DNA from: Alphaproteobacteria bacterium
GTDB lineage: Bacteria; Pseudomonadota; Alphaproteobacteria; UBA9655
Length of the DNA: 64,000 nucleotides
Reading direction: 5' to 3'
NCBI GenBank assembly: GCA_019746105.1
Contig: JAIESK010000023.1
Span: 8,982 to 72,981 of the forward strand
The translations under genes were made by a program, and so were the position numbers. Below are positions 1 to 8,948 of this stretch, in pieces. Position 1 is the stretch's first letter. The number at the start of each line of letters is the position of its first letter. Below the pieces are notes generated by a model. That model had not been told where the DNA came from and made no database searches. It worked only from the letters and a program-made list of their open reading frames with translations.

Positions 1-136
1 TCCAAACCTGAGAAGATGTTTGCAAAAATAAATACTTTGAGAGTAAAATACCCCCTAAAATCGTACCATGTATAAGAATCAATAAGTCCATCGGACTTGT
101 AAGAAAACATTCATAATTATAAAATCTATCCATCAT
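1..136 (-). CDS. hypothetical membrane protein, N-terminal part only (runs off the window edge)
   Basis: ATGATG at 136-131 opens a minus-strand frame (MMDRFYNYECFLTSPMDLLILIHGTILGGILLSKYLFLQ...) that stays open to position 1. The peptide is hydrophobic. No family recognised. Confidence 0.25.
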   Translation of the reverse strand, partial: MMDRFYNYECFLTSPMDLLILIHGTILGGILLSKYLFLQTSSQVW

Positions 137-404
137 TTTTTACCTTTTCATAAAAACTTTCAATATCAAAAATTGTTGGACAGGACTTTAAAGGAGTTAG
201 ATAAAGAAGTGCACTAACATCAAAAGCAACAAGCGGCCATTGTAAAAAAACATGCATGAATGAAAATATTATTATGCTTGGTTTCAGAAAAAGAAACCTT
301 TTTTTTTGATAAATCGTCAACAAAGTGTAAGAAGTTATCAAGCAGAACGTAAGGTTTATTATTAAAAATAAAAAAGGCTGGAGAATCAATTTTACACCTT
401 TCAA
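126..404 (-). CDS. hypothetical small membrane protein, possibly a remnant of a larger polysaccharide-locus membrane gene
   Basis: 92-aa track ORF, very hydrophobic and AT-rich. It overlaps two other short minus-strand frames (220-426 and 1-136) and contains a T9 run at 299-307. No motif recognised. Confidence 0.25.
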   Translation of the reverse strand: MKGVKLILQPFLFLIINLTFCLITSYTLLTIYQKKRFLFLKPSIIIFSFMHVFLQWPLVAFDVSALLYLTPLKSCPTIFDIESFYEKVKNDG

Positions 405-615
405 AAATAAATTGAATATTTAGCACTTAAAAAAAATATCTGCAACGAAGAACGTTTAAATTTATCTCTTAATTTCTTTGCGTTACCGAATTATATCTCA
501 GGGGATGGGAGCATTTTTAGCTAAGCTCGTGTTTGAATTTTATCTTCCCTCTTCTTGAGTAAAGAAAATTAAAAAGTATTTAATTTCTTCTAAAGAGATA
601 GCTCCCAAGACCTCA

Positions 616-1674
616 TCACCTTAGTCCCAAAAACGTCTCAATTTCTTTTGTAATTTTAAGGGAAGCATCTCCCTGGCCATAGTCTATTATTTCAGAGCGG
701 TCGTGATAATTATCTACAGTCCAAAGTCTATTCCACCCTGCTTCTATGGTTTCAACCCACTCTGTTTCAGAACGAAGCGTAATACAAGGAATGCGATGAA
801 AATAAGCTTCTTTTTGTAATCCTCCAGAATCTGTTAAAACATACTTAGCATTGGCTAATAAATATTGAGTCTCAAAGTAGCTTAAAGGATCTATCAACAT
901 AATAGACTCAGGAAATTTCGGCAATTCATCAACTAATTTCTGCGTTCTAGGATGGACTGGAAAGACGATTTTTAGGCCATTTTCAATAGAAAATTTTCCA
1001 GCATAGGCCACTATTTTTTGAAATTTATCTAATGACTGTGTTGACTCTGCGCGATGAACCGTCATCACAGCATATCTATTCGGTAAAAAATCAAATTTTT
1101 GTTCTAAGGCTACATTCTCTTTTGTTTTTTCTATAGCATATAAAGTGGCATCATTCATCACATCGCCAACAAGGCGAACTCCCTTGGATATACCTTCCTT
1201 TATAAGATTGTTCACAGCCGTTTGTGTTGGACAGAATAACAAAGCACTCACGTGATCTGTTAAAACACGATTAGTTTCTTCTGGCATTTGCTTATTGTAA
1301 GATCTTAAACCCGCTTCAACATGAATCACAGGAATATGAAGTTTAGAGGCGGCCAAAGCCCCAGCCAACGTTGAATTCGTATCTCCATAAACAAGTACTG
1401 CATCCGGCTTTTCTTTGATAAAGACCTTTTCAACCGCCTCCAACATATGCCCTGTCATTTGCCCATGTAAGCCCCCATAAACATTCAGAGAGTGAGATGG
1501 TTTAGGAATCTTGAGTTCATCAAAAAAAACATCCGACATAACCGCATCATAGTGCTGCCCCGTGTGAATAAGAATTTCCTCAATTTGAGAATGGTCCTTA
1601 AAGAGTCTCGACAGACAAGCAGCTTTAATAAACTGGGGCCGCGCTCCTACAACGGTAGCAATTCGTTTTTTCAT
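616..1674 (-). CDS. wecB: UDP-N-acetylglucosamine 2-epimerase, non-hydrolysing (WecB/WbpI family)
   Basis: 352 aa. N-terminus is MKKRIATVVGARPQFIKAA. HTGQHYD and DSGGLQKEA motifs are typical of the family. TGA stop at 616-618. Confidence 0.9.
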   Translation of the reverse strand: MKKRIATVVGARPQFIKAACLSRLFKDHSQIEEILIHTGQHYDAVMSDVFFDELKIPKPSHSLNVYGGLHGQMTGHMLEAVEKVFIKEKPDAVLVYGDTNSTLAGALAASKLHIPVIHVEAGLRSYNKQMPEETNRVLTDHVSALLFCPTQTAVNNLIKEGISKGVRLVGDVMNDATLYAIEKTKENVALEQKFDFLPNRYAVMTVHRAESTQSLDKFQKIVAYAGKFSIENGLKIVFPVHPRTQKLVDELPKFPESIMLIDPLSYFETQYLLANAKYVLTDSGGLQKEAYFHRIPCITLRSETEWVETIEAGWNRLWTVDNYHDRSEIIDYGQGDASLKITKEIETFLGLR

Positions 1675-1712
1675 AAAATTAAATACTTAAATTCAACTAG
1701 CATTCATTTTGA

Positions 1713-3290
1713 TCAAGCGGTTTTAAGATATCTCACATCAGTTTTAAGCTCCTCTAGAACTCCTGTCGATGATATTTGATATCGCCGCCCTTCACGAGGA
1801 CAAATTAAATCATCTCCAAGTTTTTCACCTGCATGACTGACCCATCCGATTTGCTTAGCTGGATTCCCCGCCATAACGGCATGAGGTTTTACTTCTTTTG
1901 TAACCACAGCCCCAGCACCAATTAAGCTATATGCCCCTAAGCGATTTCCACAAATAATCGTTGCATTCGCTCCAATAGTAACGCCACGTTCAACATGGGT
2001 TGGCCGAAATTCGTCTTTACGTTCAATTTCCGCCCGAGGATTGTGGACATTTGTAAAGACACATGAAGGACCACAGAAAACTCCATCTTCCAAAACAACC
2101 CCTTTATAAAGACTTACATTATTTTGAATCTTACAACGATTGCCGATAATAACATCTGGACCTATCATAACGTTTTGCCCAATGATGCAATCTTCCCCAA
2201 TTCGCGTCCCTTTAATAATATGAGAAAAGTGCCAAATTTTTGTTCCTTTACCGATGTCACAACCACCATCAACCTGTGCCGTATCATGAGTAAAATAGCT
2301 TGAGATTGTGGGTGTCAAGGGAACACTTGCCAATGAGTGCAATGACTGTTGCGCGGCATCCAAAACTTGTAAAACTTGCAGTCCTTCAATGCCATCTGTC
2401 TTTGGATTTTCATTTTTTTCAATACAGTCAAGGAAATGTTGACATTCTAATTTTAAAGGCTCTGAAACCTCTAAAGGAATATTGACTACATCTGCTTTTG
2501 AAGCTTGTGGTAGTCCATCAACCCAGGTCACCTGATGAGGGTAAAGCTTTAACTTTTCACCCCACGGCAATCCATCATCAAAAACCGCCATACCACGATC
2601 TCCCACAACCACAAGTTTTTGTTCTTTAAAGGGATGGAGCCAAGATACAAAAACATGAGCCTGAATACCATTTTTAAATGTCAAATGAGTTGTCGTAACA
2701 TCGTGAATATGCGGGTTCAAATGACAAGCTCCCGTTGCATAGACAGTTTCTGGCAATTCTCGAGCAAGCCCCAAAATCATAGAAATATCATGAGGAGCAA
2801 AACTCCACAAAATATTTTCTTCATTACGAAACTTGCCCAAATTTAAACGGTTGGAATAAATATACTGAAGACGACCAAGGTTTCCTTTAGATATAAGATT
2901 TTTTAATTCTATAAAAGCTGAGTGATACTGCAATATATGCCCTACCATCAACTTACGATTCTCTTTTACGGCAAGCTCACAGAGCTTCTTTGCTTCCTCT
3001 ACCTTTAAGGAAATAGGCTTTTCTACATAAACATGTTTCCCAGCTTTGAGAGCTTTTTTGGCAAGGTCATAATGTTGAACAGCAGGGGCAGCAATAACAA
3101 CCCCATCTACATCACTTTGAAGAACCTCTTGTAAACTAAGAGCTGGAACATTGTAGGTTTGAGAAGAAGTTTTTGCTAATTCAGAATTAGCATCACAAAT
3201 AGAAGCAAGAGCTCCAAGTTCGGCAAAATTACGAACAAGGTTTTTTCCCCAGTAGCCACAGCCGATGACAGAAACTCTAATGTTACTCAT
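1713..3290 (-). CDS. fusion protein: Gfo/Idh/MocA-type sugar-nucleotide oxidoreductase (N-terminal) plus left-handed beta-helix N-acetyltransferase (C-terminal), WbpB/WbpD-like
   Basis: 525 aa. N-terminal Rossmann motif is VIGCGYWGKN, with a typical Gfo/Idh/MocA length of about 330 aa. The C-terminal ~180 aa shows hexapeptide-repeat periodicity (IGEDCIIGQNVMIGPDVIIGNRCKIQNNVSLY ... IGANATIICGNRLGAYSLIGAGAVVTKEV..GNPAKQIGW). ATG at 3288-3290. Confidence 0.8.
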   Translation of the reverse strand: MSNIRVSVIGCGYWGKNLVRNFAELGALASICDANSELAKTSSQTYNVPALSLQEVLQSDVDGVVIAAPAVQHYDLAKKALKAGKHVYVEKPISLKVEEAKKLCELAVKENRKLMVGHILQYHSAFIELKNLISKGNLGRLQYIYSNRLNLGKFRNEENILWSFAPHDISMILGLARELPETVYATGACHLNPHIHDVTTTHLTFKNGIQAHVFVSWLHPFKEQKLVVVGDRGMAVFDDGLPWGEKLKLYPHQVTWVDGLPQASKADVVNIPLEVSEPLKLECQHFLDCIEKNENPKTDGIEGLQVLQVLDAAQQSLHSLASVPLTPTISSYFTHDTAQVDGGCDIGKGTKIWHFSHIIKGTRIGEDCIIGQNVMIGPDVIIGNRCKIQNNVSLYKGVVLEDGVFCGPSCVFTNVHNPRAEIERKDEFRPTHVERGVTIGANATIICGNRLGAYSLIGAGAVVTKEVKPHAVMAGNPAKQIGWVSHAGEKLGDDLICPREGRRYQISSTGVLEELKTDVRYLKTA

Positions 3291-3352
3291 AAATATTTCC
3301 CTTTCTTTTTTGAAATCTATAACATGGAAGCTGTAAACAATTTAACTTAATT

Positions 3353-3369
3353 CACCATAGCTACCGCAG
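3353..3369 (-). promoter_or_regulatory. ops/JUMPStart-like element (minus strand reads CTGCGGTAGCTATGGTG) in the leader of the sugar-modification operon
   Basis: Plus-strand caccatagctaccgcag. The minus strand contains GCGGTAGC, which matches 8 contiguous nt of the E. coli ops consensus GGCGGTAGCGTG. It sits 63 nt upstream of the 3290 start codon and 74 nt downstream of the RfaH-like gene. Confidence 0.35.
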
Positions 3370-3442
3370 CTCGGGTGAAGTATCACTCGCAACTGCAGGG
3401 CTTTAATTTGATCTTCCCTAAAGAATGATCTCTCTATTTTAC

Positions 3443-3943
3443 TTATCCAGCTTCTACTGCATAAGCAGGCAAAGAAACTTTCATCTCTCGCCCTAAAAAC
3501 GTTAACAGCAATTGAACACGTTGTTTTGCATCCATTGTCTCAAAGGTTGCGAGTTGATCCTTAAAAGCACCTTTTAAGATCCGAACCTTATCTCCCTTAA
3601 TAAAAGCAATAAGACTATTTATAGAAACCAAACCATCAGCAGTCTCTCTCTCTTTCAAAGTCTCAATAATTTTTTCTGGAACTTTCGCAGGAAGTCCGTC
3701 ATTTTGTAATAAATAAGAAACACCTCGCGTACCATTAATACTGCGCCAACGCGCTGTCTCTACATCCAACGCTACAAATAAATAACGCGGAAATAAAGGG
3801 GTTAAAACTTCCTCTACCTTACGGGCATGCCTATGCATCTTCTTAAAGCGCGGTAAATACACATCAAAACCTTGCTCACGTAAATTCTGTTCTGCAAACT
3901 GTTCTTTCATAGGATGAGTATGGGCTACAAACCAACTTTTCAT
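3443..3943 (-). CDS. NusG paralog / RfaH-family transcription antiterminator
   Basis: 166 aa. NGN-like N-terminus is WFVAHTHPMKEQFAEQNLREQGFDVYLPR. KOW-like segment is GDKVRILKGAFKDQLATFE. It is not in the secE-nusG-rplK context but inside a polysaccharide locus. Its start overlaps the upstream stop (ATGA at 3940-3943). Confidence 0.75.
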   Translation of the reverse strand: MKSWFVAHTHPMKEQFAEQNLREQGFDVYLPRFKKMHRHARKVEEVLTPLFPRYLFVALDVETARWRSINGTRGVSYLLQNDGLPAKVPEKIIETLKERETADGLVSINSLIAFIKGDKVRILKGAFKDQLATFETMDAKQRVQLLLTFLGREMKVSLPAYAVEAG

Positions 3944-4518
3944 GAAACATCCCTTGAAATATGCAAGAGTTTTAAAGTCAATAACTGATGGGATTTAATT
4001 CTATCCTTAATATCATTATACGTTTTTTGGGGATTGATAATGTCTGTAATCAGAACAGCATCATAAACATTTAAATTACGTTCAGTACTTACAGTTTCAA
4101 CTTGAATACCCATGTCGTAAGTCACTAATTTAGCAATATCTGCTAAATCTCCCTCTCCAACCAAAGCAATTTTTAACCAATTTTTTGTTTTACACTGAGC
4201 AAATACTTCTTCACATTGCTTACGAGCATCACGAAAAAAGGTTAAAGATCTGGCTAAATATTGACTCACCATCCAACTTTTTTCTTTAAACCCTTCAGGC
4301 GTTAAAAAATAGGTGATACGCTTTGGAGAAATTTGGAAAGTGCGAAGCCACCCTTTTGTTACACAGCTCTTCAAATATTGATTCATTAACCCGAGAGCAA
4401 TTCCAAGTTCTGAAGCTAACCCTCTTTGTGTAAAGGACGGGCTTTTTTCAATCTCAGTTAAGAGATGCAACATCACTTTTTGCTCCAATTGCTTCCGTAT
4501 ATTTTGAAAAGCTGGCAT
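3940..4518 (-). CDS. winged-helix (MarR-like) transcriptional regulator of the EPS-associated type
   Basis: 192 aa. N-terminal wHTH is SFTQRGLASELGIALGLMNQYLKSCVTKGWL. The C-terminal part is Rossmann-like (IALVGEGDLADIA). Translationally coupled to the RfaH-like gene. Confidence 0.6.
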   Translation of the reverse strand: MPAFQNIRKQLEQKVMLHLLTEIEKSPSFTQRGLASELGIALGLMNQYLKSCVTKGWLRTFQISPKRITYFLTPEGFKEKSWMVSQYLARSLTFFRDARKQCEEVFAQCKTKNWLKIALVGEGDLADIAKLVTYDMGIQVETVSTERNLNVYDAVLITDIINPQKTYNDIKDRIKSHQLLTLKLLHISRDVS

Positions 4519-4575
4519 TCAGAATGTAAGTCTCTAAGAGTTAATAAGTAATGGATTTATGTTCATGGTCAGAAC

Positions 4576-5358
4576 CTAATAGAGTACCTTGAAAGAGTCA
4601 AGCCTTCTTTCTGCCTCTTCATCTTCAAGCCATTCATGGTTATTTAATAAGTGATTCTTTTGAAACTCTGCAAGACTTGAATCTGGAATTCCTGGAATCA
4701 ACTCGTGACCTTTAAAATGAATCCCGATAAAAGATATGAACCTACGTGAGCATTCCTCACTCACATCTTGAAGCTGCTCAAGACGATCATCAACAAGCAC
4801 AACTTGAGTGGGGTTTTCCTTTTGAAGATATGAGCGCACAATCTCGCTTTTATTAAACGAACCCGTTGAGAAAATACCCTTATAAAAGGTGCCTTCATAA
4901 GTCATTAAAGGAGAGCTCAAAAGAACCTCTTTTTCTTTTCCTCCATATGTTGGCGTGAATTCCATCCCTTTTGAAGATAATTCTGCATATCTCCACTCTT
5001 CCATGGATAAAATATCCCCTAAAGGGCCTGACTCCATTTTTGTCAACGCATAAAGGGGAAATTGAGTTTTGAAATCCTTAATAAACCAAAGCCAATCCTC
5101 AGAGACAAGCTGAACTTGCCTTTGCAAACGCCAACGACTTAAAATCCTTTCAAAATAGGGGATTTGATCACGATCTTTTTTCAAATCATCAATAAGCGTT
5201 CTATGAGGGCTATGCGCACGGAAAACCTTTGAAATAGGGGTGATAAGCGTATCATCCACATCAAGAAAAATAACTGCCTGCTTATCAAGGTCGGAAAGAT
5301 GACTTTTAATATCTCGTACAGTCGGTGCCTCTACAAAATTCCCTTTAAGGTCATTCAT
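4576..5358 (-). CDS. HAD-superfamily-like protein of unknown function
   Basis: 260 aa. DxDxT motif in AVIFLDVDDTLITP, and a later VLVDDR acidic motif. The rest resembles a DUF family I cannot verify here. Confidence 0.5.
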   Translation of the reverse strand: MNDLKGNFVEAPTVRDIKSHLSDLDKQAVIFLDVDDTLITPISKVFRAHSPHRTLIDDLKKDRDQIPYFERILSRWRLQRQVQLVSEDWLWFIKDFKTQFPLYALTKMESGPLGDILSMEEWRYAELSSKGMEFTPTYGGKEKEVLLSSPLMTYEGTFYKGIFSTGSFNKSEIVRSYLQKENPTQVVLVDDRLEQLQDVSEECSRRFISFIGIHFKGHELIPGIPDSSLAEFQKNHLLNNHEWLEDEEAERRLDSFKVLY

Positions 5359-5378
5359 CGTGGCACTCTAGTCTTAGC

Positions 5379-5969
5379 TCATACAATTTGACAGACTTCA
5401 TCAAAAGAAAGTCGAGGAGCTCGTGACCCTGGCAAACCTGAGGGATCGCCATACCCAAGGTTGCAGAGGAAATTTGACTTAAACCGCCCTTCTGGGAAAA
5501 AAGCCTTATCAACACCCTCATTAGAAAAACCAGACATAGGACCACAATCAAGGCCACACGCCCGCGCAGCAATAATGAAGTAAGCGCCTTGAAGGGTGCC
5601 ATTACGAAAAGCAGTTTCTTGAGCAAAGGCGTCCTTACCTTCAAACCATGCTTTAGCGTTTACATAAGGATATAGAATAGGAAGATGCTCATAAAACTGC
5701 AGATCATAAGCCAGAATTGCCGTCACAGGCGCACTCATGGTTTTTTCCACATTGCCTTCAGATAAGTGGGGACGCAAACGTTCTTTGGCTTCAAGAGACT
5801 TTATAAAAACGATTCTTAATGGACAACAATTAGCACTTGTTGGTCCAAATTTCATCACATCATAAATATTCTTTAAAAGATCTTCTGAAACTGGCTTATC
5901 AAGCCATTTCGTATAGGTACGGGCTTCTTTAAAAATCTGATCTAAAGAAGCCTCTGCAATTTTGCTCAT
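5379..5969 (-). CDS. nitroreductase-family protein, RutE-like malonic semialdehyde reductase
   Basis: 196 aa, the same length as E. coli RutE. Shared blocks are GPTSANC.P.RIVF, KERLRP, APVTAI, ETAFRN, GLD.GPMSGF and PRLSF.E. Confidence 0.75.
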   Translation of the reverse strand: MSKIAEASLDQIFKEARTYTKWLDKPVSEDLLKNIYDVMKFGPTSANCCPLRIVFIKSLEAKERLRPHLSEGNVEKTMSAPVTAILAYDLQFYEHLPILYPYVNAKAWFEGKDAFAQETAFRNGTLQGAYFIIAARACGLDCGPMSGFSNEGVDKAFFPEGRFKSNFLCNLGYGDPSGLPGSRAPRLSFDEVCQIV

Positions 5970-5977
5970 GGTAGCCT

Positions 5978-6907
5978 TTATGGTTTTAAACGTACATGCT
6001 GACTATCATATGCTTTTAATCCGCGGTTGTGAATTAAATGTTGCAGATCACGGGTATATGCCGTGCCTCGAACAGAATATTTTGTAAGGCATGAAGCCAA
6101 CTTATGCCCACACAACGTCTGATTTTTAGCCCTTAAAGAAGCCCTATCCTTACGAAAAGCACTATAGGCTTGGTGGCGATTCAGATTTTTTACATAAGCT
6201 TCCACACTATGCTGAAGACTTTCAAATTTGGCCACTTTTGTTTTGGTAGCCATATAGCCAAAGGGAGAGTTTTTCTTTAAAGCCGCGTGAGATCTTCCCC
6301 CGCCCGTCTCAAGAATACCTTGAGCAAGCGCAAGTGAAGGCGGAACAATATCAACGTGCATCAACAAAGACTCAATTTTCGTTGATTTACAGCGATATTC
6401 AGAAGCAAGTTTACTGAGCCACATTTTCTCTGAATGGCGCAAGTGTTGGCCATTTTGTTTCCGTTCTTGCATGTCTAAAAGACGTTCTCTATCAGATAAA
6501 ATCTGTTCATTCACCCTTAAAATGTGAGGCAAAAGAACTTGAACAAAATCAGAGTTGGACGATTTTTTCTTATGTTTCATGTCCTGCGGTAATTTTGACA
6601 AGAAAAGACGAGGGACCTGTCCCTCACTCTTGGCCTTCGTAAGGGTATAATCGCACTCGTTAAAAACTTTTCCGAGTTCTTTTACACTGGCAACTTGAAT
6701 GTATTTTTCTTGAGAACGATTAAGTCCAAAAGCTTTCGCGGACCCTGCAAACACAACAGGTTTCTTTTCAATAACAACGGCCTGAGGTGCCACAATTTCT
6801 TCAGAAACAGGAATAAAGTTTTGATAGATAACAAAGCCAGCCTGGCCTAAAATCATTAATCCCAAAATAACAATAAGGGAAATTTGAGTCTTCGATTGTT
6901 TCAACAT
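5978..6907 (-). CDS. membrane-anchored glucosaminidase-domain protein (Bax/FlgJ-C-like)
   Basis: 309 aa. N-terminal TM segment is ISLIVILGLMILGQAGFVIY. C-terminal block PPSLALAQGILETGGGRSHAALKKNSPFGY is typical of mannosyl-glycoprotein endo-beta-N-acetylglucosaminidase-like domains. Confidence 0.65.
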   Translation of the reverse strand: MLKQSKTQISLIVILGLMILGQAGFVIYQNFIPVSEEIVAPQAVVIEKKPVVFAGSAKAFGLNRSQEKYIQVASVKELGKVFNECDYTLTKAKSEGQVPRLFLSKLPQDMKHKKKSSNSDFVQVLLPHILRVNEQILSDRERLLDMQERKQNGQHLRHSEKMWLSKLASEYRCKSTKIESLLMHVDIVPPSLALAQGILETGGGRSHAALKKNSPFGYMATKTKVAKFESLQHSVEAYVKNLNRHQAYSAFRKDRASLRAKNQTLCGHKLASCLTKYSVRGTAYTRDLQHLIHNRGLKAYDSQHVRLKP

Positions 6908-6917
6908 AATAAACTCC

Positions 6918-7469
6918 TTAACTCTCTATAGCTCTTACTTCAAGAACCTCTGGCACATAGTGCCGCAGCATATTTTCAATGCCTGACTTTAATGTGGCCG
7001 ATGAACTTGGGCAACCTGCACAAGCTCCTTGCATACGCACATACACGATACCCTCTTTAAACGAGTCAAAAACGATATCTCCTCCATCCATAGCCACTGC
7101 GGGACGGATACGCGTATCTAAGATTTCTTGAATCTGACCCGAGATAGGATCGTCATCATGTTTTCTGGATGTAGGAACTCTTTCTCCATAAAACAAGGGC
7201 TGGTGCGTTATAAAGTGCTCCATAATAATTCCTAAAATCTCAGGCTTAAGCACAGCCCAATCTTCAGAATCTTTCTTAGAAACAGTAATAAAATCCGCTC
7301 CGAAAAAAATGCCACTAACGCCCTGAATTTCAAAAAGCTTTGAAGCAAGGGGAGATTTGGCAGCCTCTTCCGCAGATTTAAAATCCGCCGTTCCCTCTGG
7401 CATTAGAATACGACCAGGGAGAAACTTTAATGTGGCCGGATTTGGTGTTTCCTCTGTTTGTATAAACAT
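6918..7469 (-). CDS. NifU/Nfu-type Fe-S cluster scaffold protein
   Basis: MFIQTEETPNPATLKFLPG N-terminal Nfu domain. C-terminal NifU domain has a CAGCPSS CxxC motif. ATG at 7467-7469 preferred over the upstream GTG at 7478. Confidence 0.85.
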   Translation of the reverse strand: MFIQTEETPNPATLKFLPGRILMPEGTADFKSAEEAAKSPLASKLFEIQGVSGIFFGADFITVSKKDSEDWAVLKPEILGIIMEHFITHQPLFYGERVPTSRKHDDDPISGQIQEILDTRIRPAVAMDGGDIVFDSFKEGIVYVRMQGACAGCPSSSATLKSGIENMLRHYVPEVLEVRAIES

Positions 7470-7544
7470 TGTACGCACTCATTTTTGTAAACAGTGACCC
7501 TTTTAATAAACAAAATAATTTCAAAATGCAAGCATTTCCTTCAA

Positions 7545-7949
7545 TCAGACTCCAAGAGACGTCAGAATTTCCCATGAAATCTCATCTATAGGCATCACAG
7601 AAAGGCGAGATTGACGAACCAAGCTCAAGTGCTGGAAGCGAGAATCTTTTTTAATGGTGGCCAAACTAACTGGATGAGAAAAAGACTTACATGTCTTAAC
7701 ATCCACCATCCCAAAACGCCCTGTGGGATCTGATGGATCAGGGTAATAAGGTTTTATAACTTCAACAATTCCCATGATCCGGCGCTCTTCTCCCGAATGA
7801 TAGAAAAAGGCAAGATCGCCCACCTTCATAGCTTTTAAATTATTGCTGGCTTGGTAGTTTCGCACTCCATCCCAAAAGGTCACATCTTTCTCTACTTGAT
7901 CCGCCCATGACCAGACATGAGGCTCGGTCTTTATAAGCCAATAATTCAT
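7545..7949 (-). CDS. EVE (PUA-like) domain protein
   Basis: MNYWLIKTEPHVWSWADQ ... WDGVRNYQA..NLKAMKVGDLAFFYHS is typical of EVE/THYN1-like proteins. ATG at 7947-7949, one nt after the gpsA stop. Confidence 0.8.
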   Translation of the reverse strand: MNYWLIKTEPHVWSWADQVEKDVTFWDGVRNYQASNNLKAMKVGDLAFFYHSGEERRIMGIVEVIKPYYPDPSDPTGRFGMVDVKTCKSFSHPVSLATIKKDSRFQHLSLVRQSRLSVMPIDEISWEILTSLGV

Positions 7950-7950
7950 T

Positions 7951-8943
7951 CTATATCCCCTCAATTGTTAAAGGACGCGACAGAAGATCTTTGATCAAGA
8001 TCTCAAGAGTTCCCCCCTTATTTAAAAGGGTATCCATGGCAAAGGTAATTGGCATCTCCACTTTATATTTTTCTGCCAGTTTTACAGTCCCTGAGACCGT
8101 AAAAACCCCTTCCGTGAGAACCCCATTTTTCGCTAGCAACTCCTTAAGACTCACTCCTTTTCCCACAGAAAGGCCAAAAGTCTTATTTCTTGACTGGGCG
8201 CTTAAGGAAGTGAGAGTAATATCTCCTACACCTGAAAGTCCAAGAAAGGTTTCAAGATTTGCCCCCATAGCACACCCTAACCTTGCAATTTCTGTAAGAC
8301 CACGCGCAACTAGTGCGGACCGAGCATTATCTCCTAAACCTCGGCCTTCAACAATACCACAAGCAATAGCAATGATGTTTTTACAAGCCCCCCCCAATTG
8401 AGCCCCAATGATATCTGCAGATGCATAAAGACGAAAATATCGACTACTCATAAGAGAAGCCATTTTCTTACTGAGGGAAATATCTTCTGCAGCAAGAGTC
8501 ACAGCTGTTGGCAGTTCTTTCGCAACATCACTAGCAAAACTTGGACCTGACAACACCAGAAGAGGGTTTTGGGGGAAGAATTCTCGCACTACCTCTGACA
8601 TCAATCGAGCCGTTCCATTTTCAATTCCCTTTGAGGCAATGATCAGGGGAACGTGGGACGGGAGAACTTTGCTAAACGTTGCACATGTGCTTCTCATAAA
8701 TTGAGCAGGAGGCGCTAAAATAATACTATCAGCATAAGATATTTCTTTAGGCTCTGTTGTAGCCCGTAATGAGGAGTCCAAGGGAATACCAGGAAGACGA
8801 GAAACGTTTTCATGTTGTTGATTAATGGCTTCAACTTCATCAGAGCTAATCGACCAGAGGCTTGTTTTTAAGTGGGCTCTAAATACCGCCAAAGCTAAGG
8901 CTGTTCCCCAGGCACCGGCTCCAATAACAGCGATATGATGCAT
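7951..8943 (-). CDS. gpsA: NAD(P)H-dependent glycerol-3-phosphate dehydrogenase
   Basis: 330 aa. IAVIGAGAWGTALA dinucleotide fold, and GLKNIIAIA-type block (ACKNIIAIACG). Confidence 0.9.
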   Translation of the reverse strand: MHHIAVIGAGAWGTALALAVFRAHLKTSLWSISSDEVEAINQQHENVSRLPGIPLDSSLRATTEPKEISYADSIILAPPAQFMRSTCATFSKVLPSHVPLIIASKGIENGTARLMSEVVREFFPQNPLLVLSGPSFASDVAKELPTAVTLAAEDISLSKKMASLMSSRYFRLYASADIIGAQLGGACKNIIAIACGIVEGRGLGDNARSALVARGLTEIARLGCAMGANLETFLGLSGVGDITLTSLSAQSRNKTFGLSVGKGVSLKELLAKNGVLTEGVFTVSGTVKLAEKYKVEMPITFAMDTLLNKGGTLEILIKDLLSRPLTIEGI

Positions 8944-8948
8944 TTCAA

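Noticed and set aside
7991-8401. A 136-aa plus-strand ORF antisense to gpsA. Similar nested or antisense track ORFs include 1492-1779, 2300-2846, 5351-5644, 9141-9670, 13277-13916, 14331-14867, 16802-17470, 18516-19064, 19455-20001, 21129-21963, 22489-22728, 28480-28713, 29393-30121, 30863-31387, 33174-33854, 36969-37590, 45262-46261, 48435-48665, 49479-50211, 52059-52277, 53429-53620, 54469-54777, 55395-55598, 57340-57738, 57932-58384, 59173-59983, 60687-60887, 62337-62561 and 63679-63861.
   Set aside because: Each lies wholly inside, or in an alternative frame of, a strongly supported conserved gene. Each has biased low-complexity composition and no recognisable motif.
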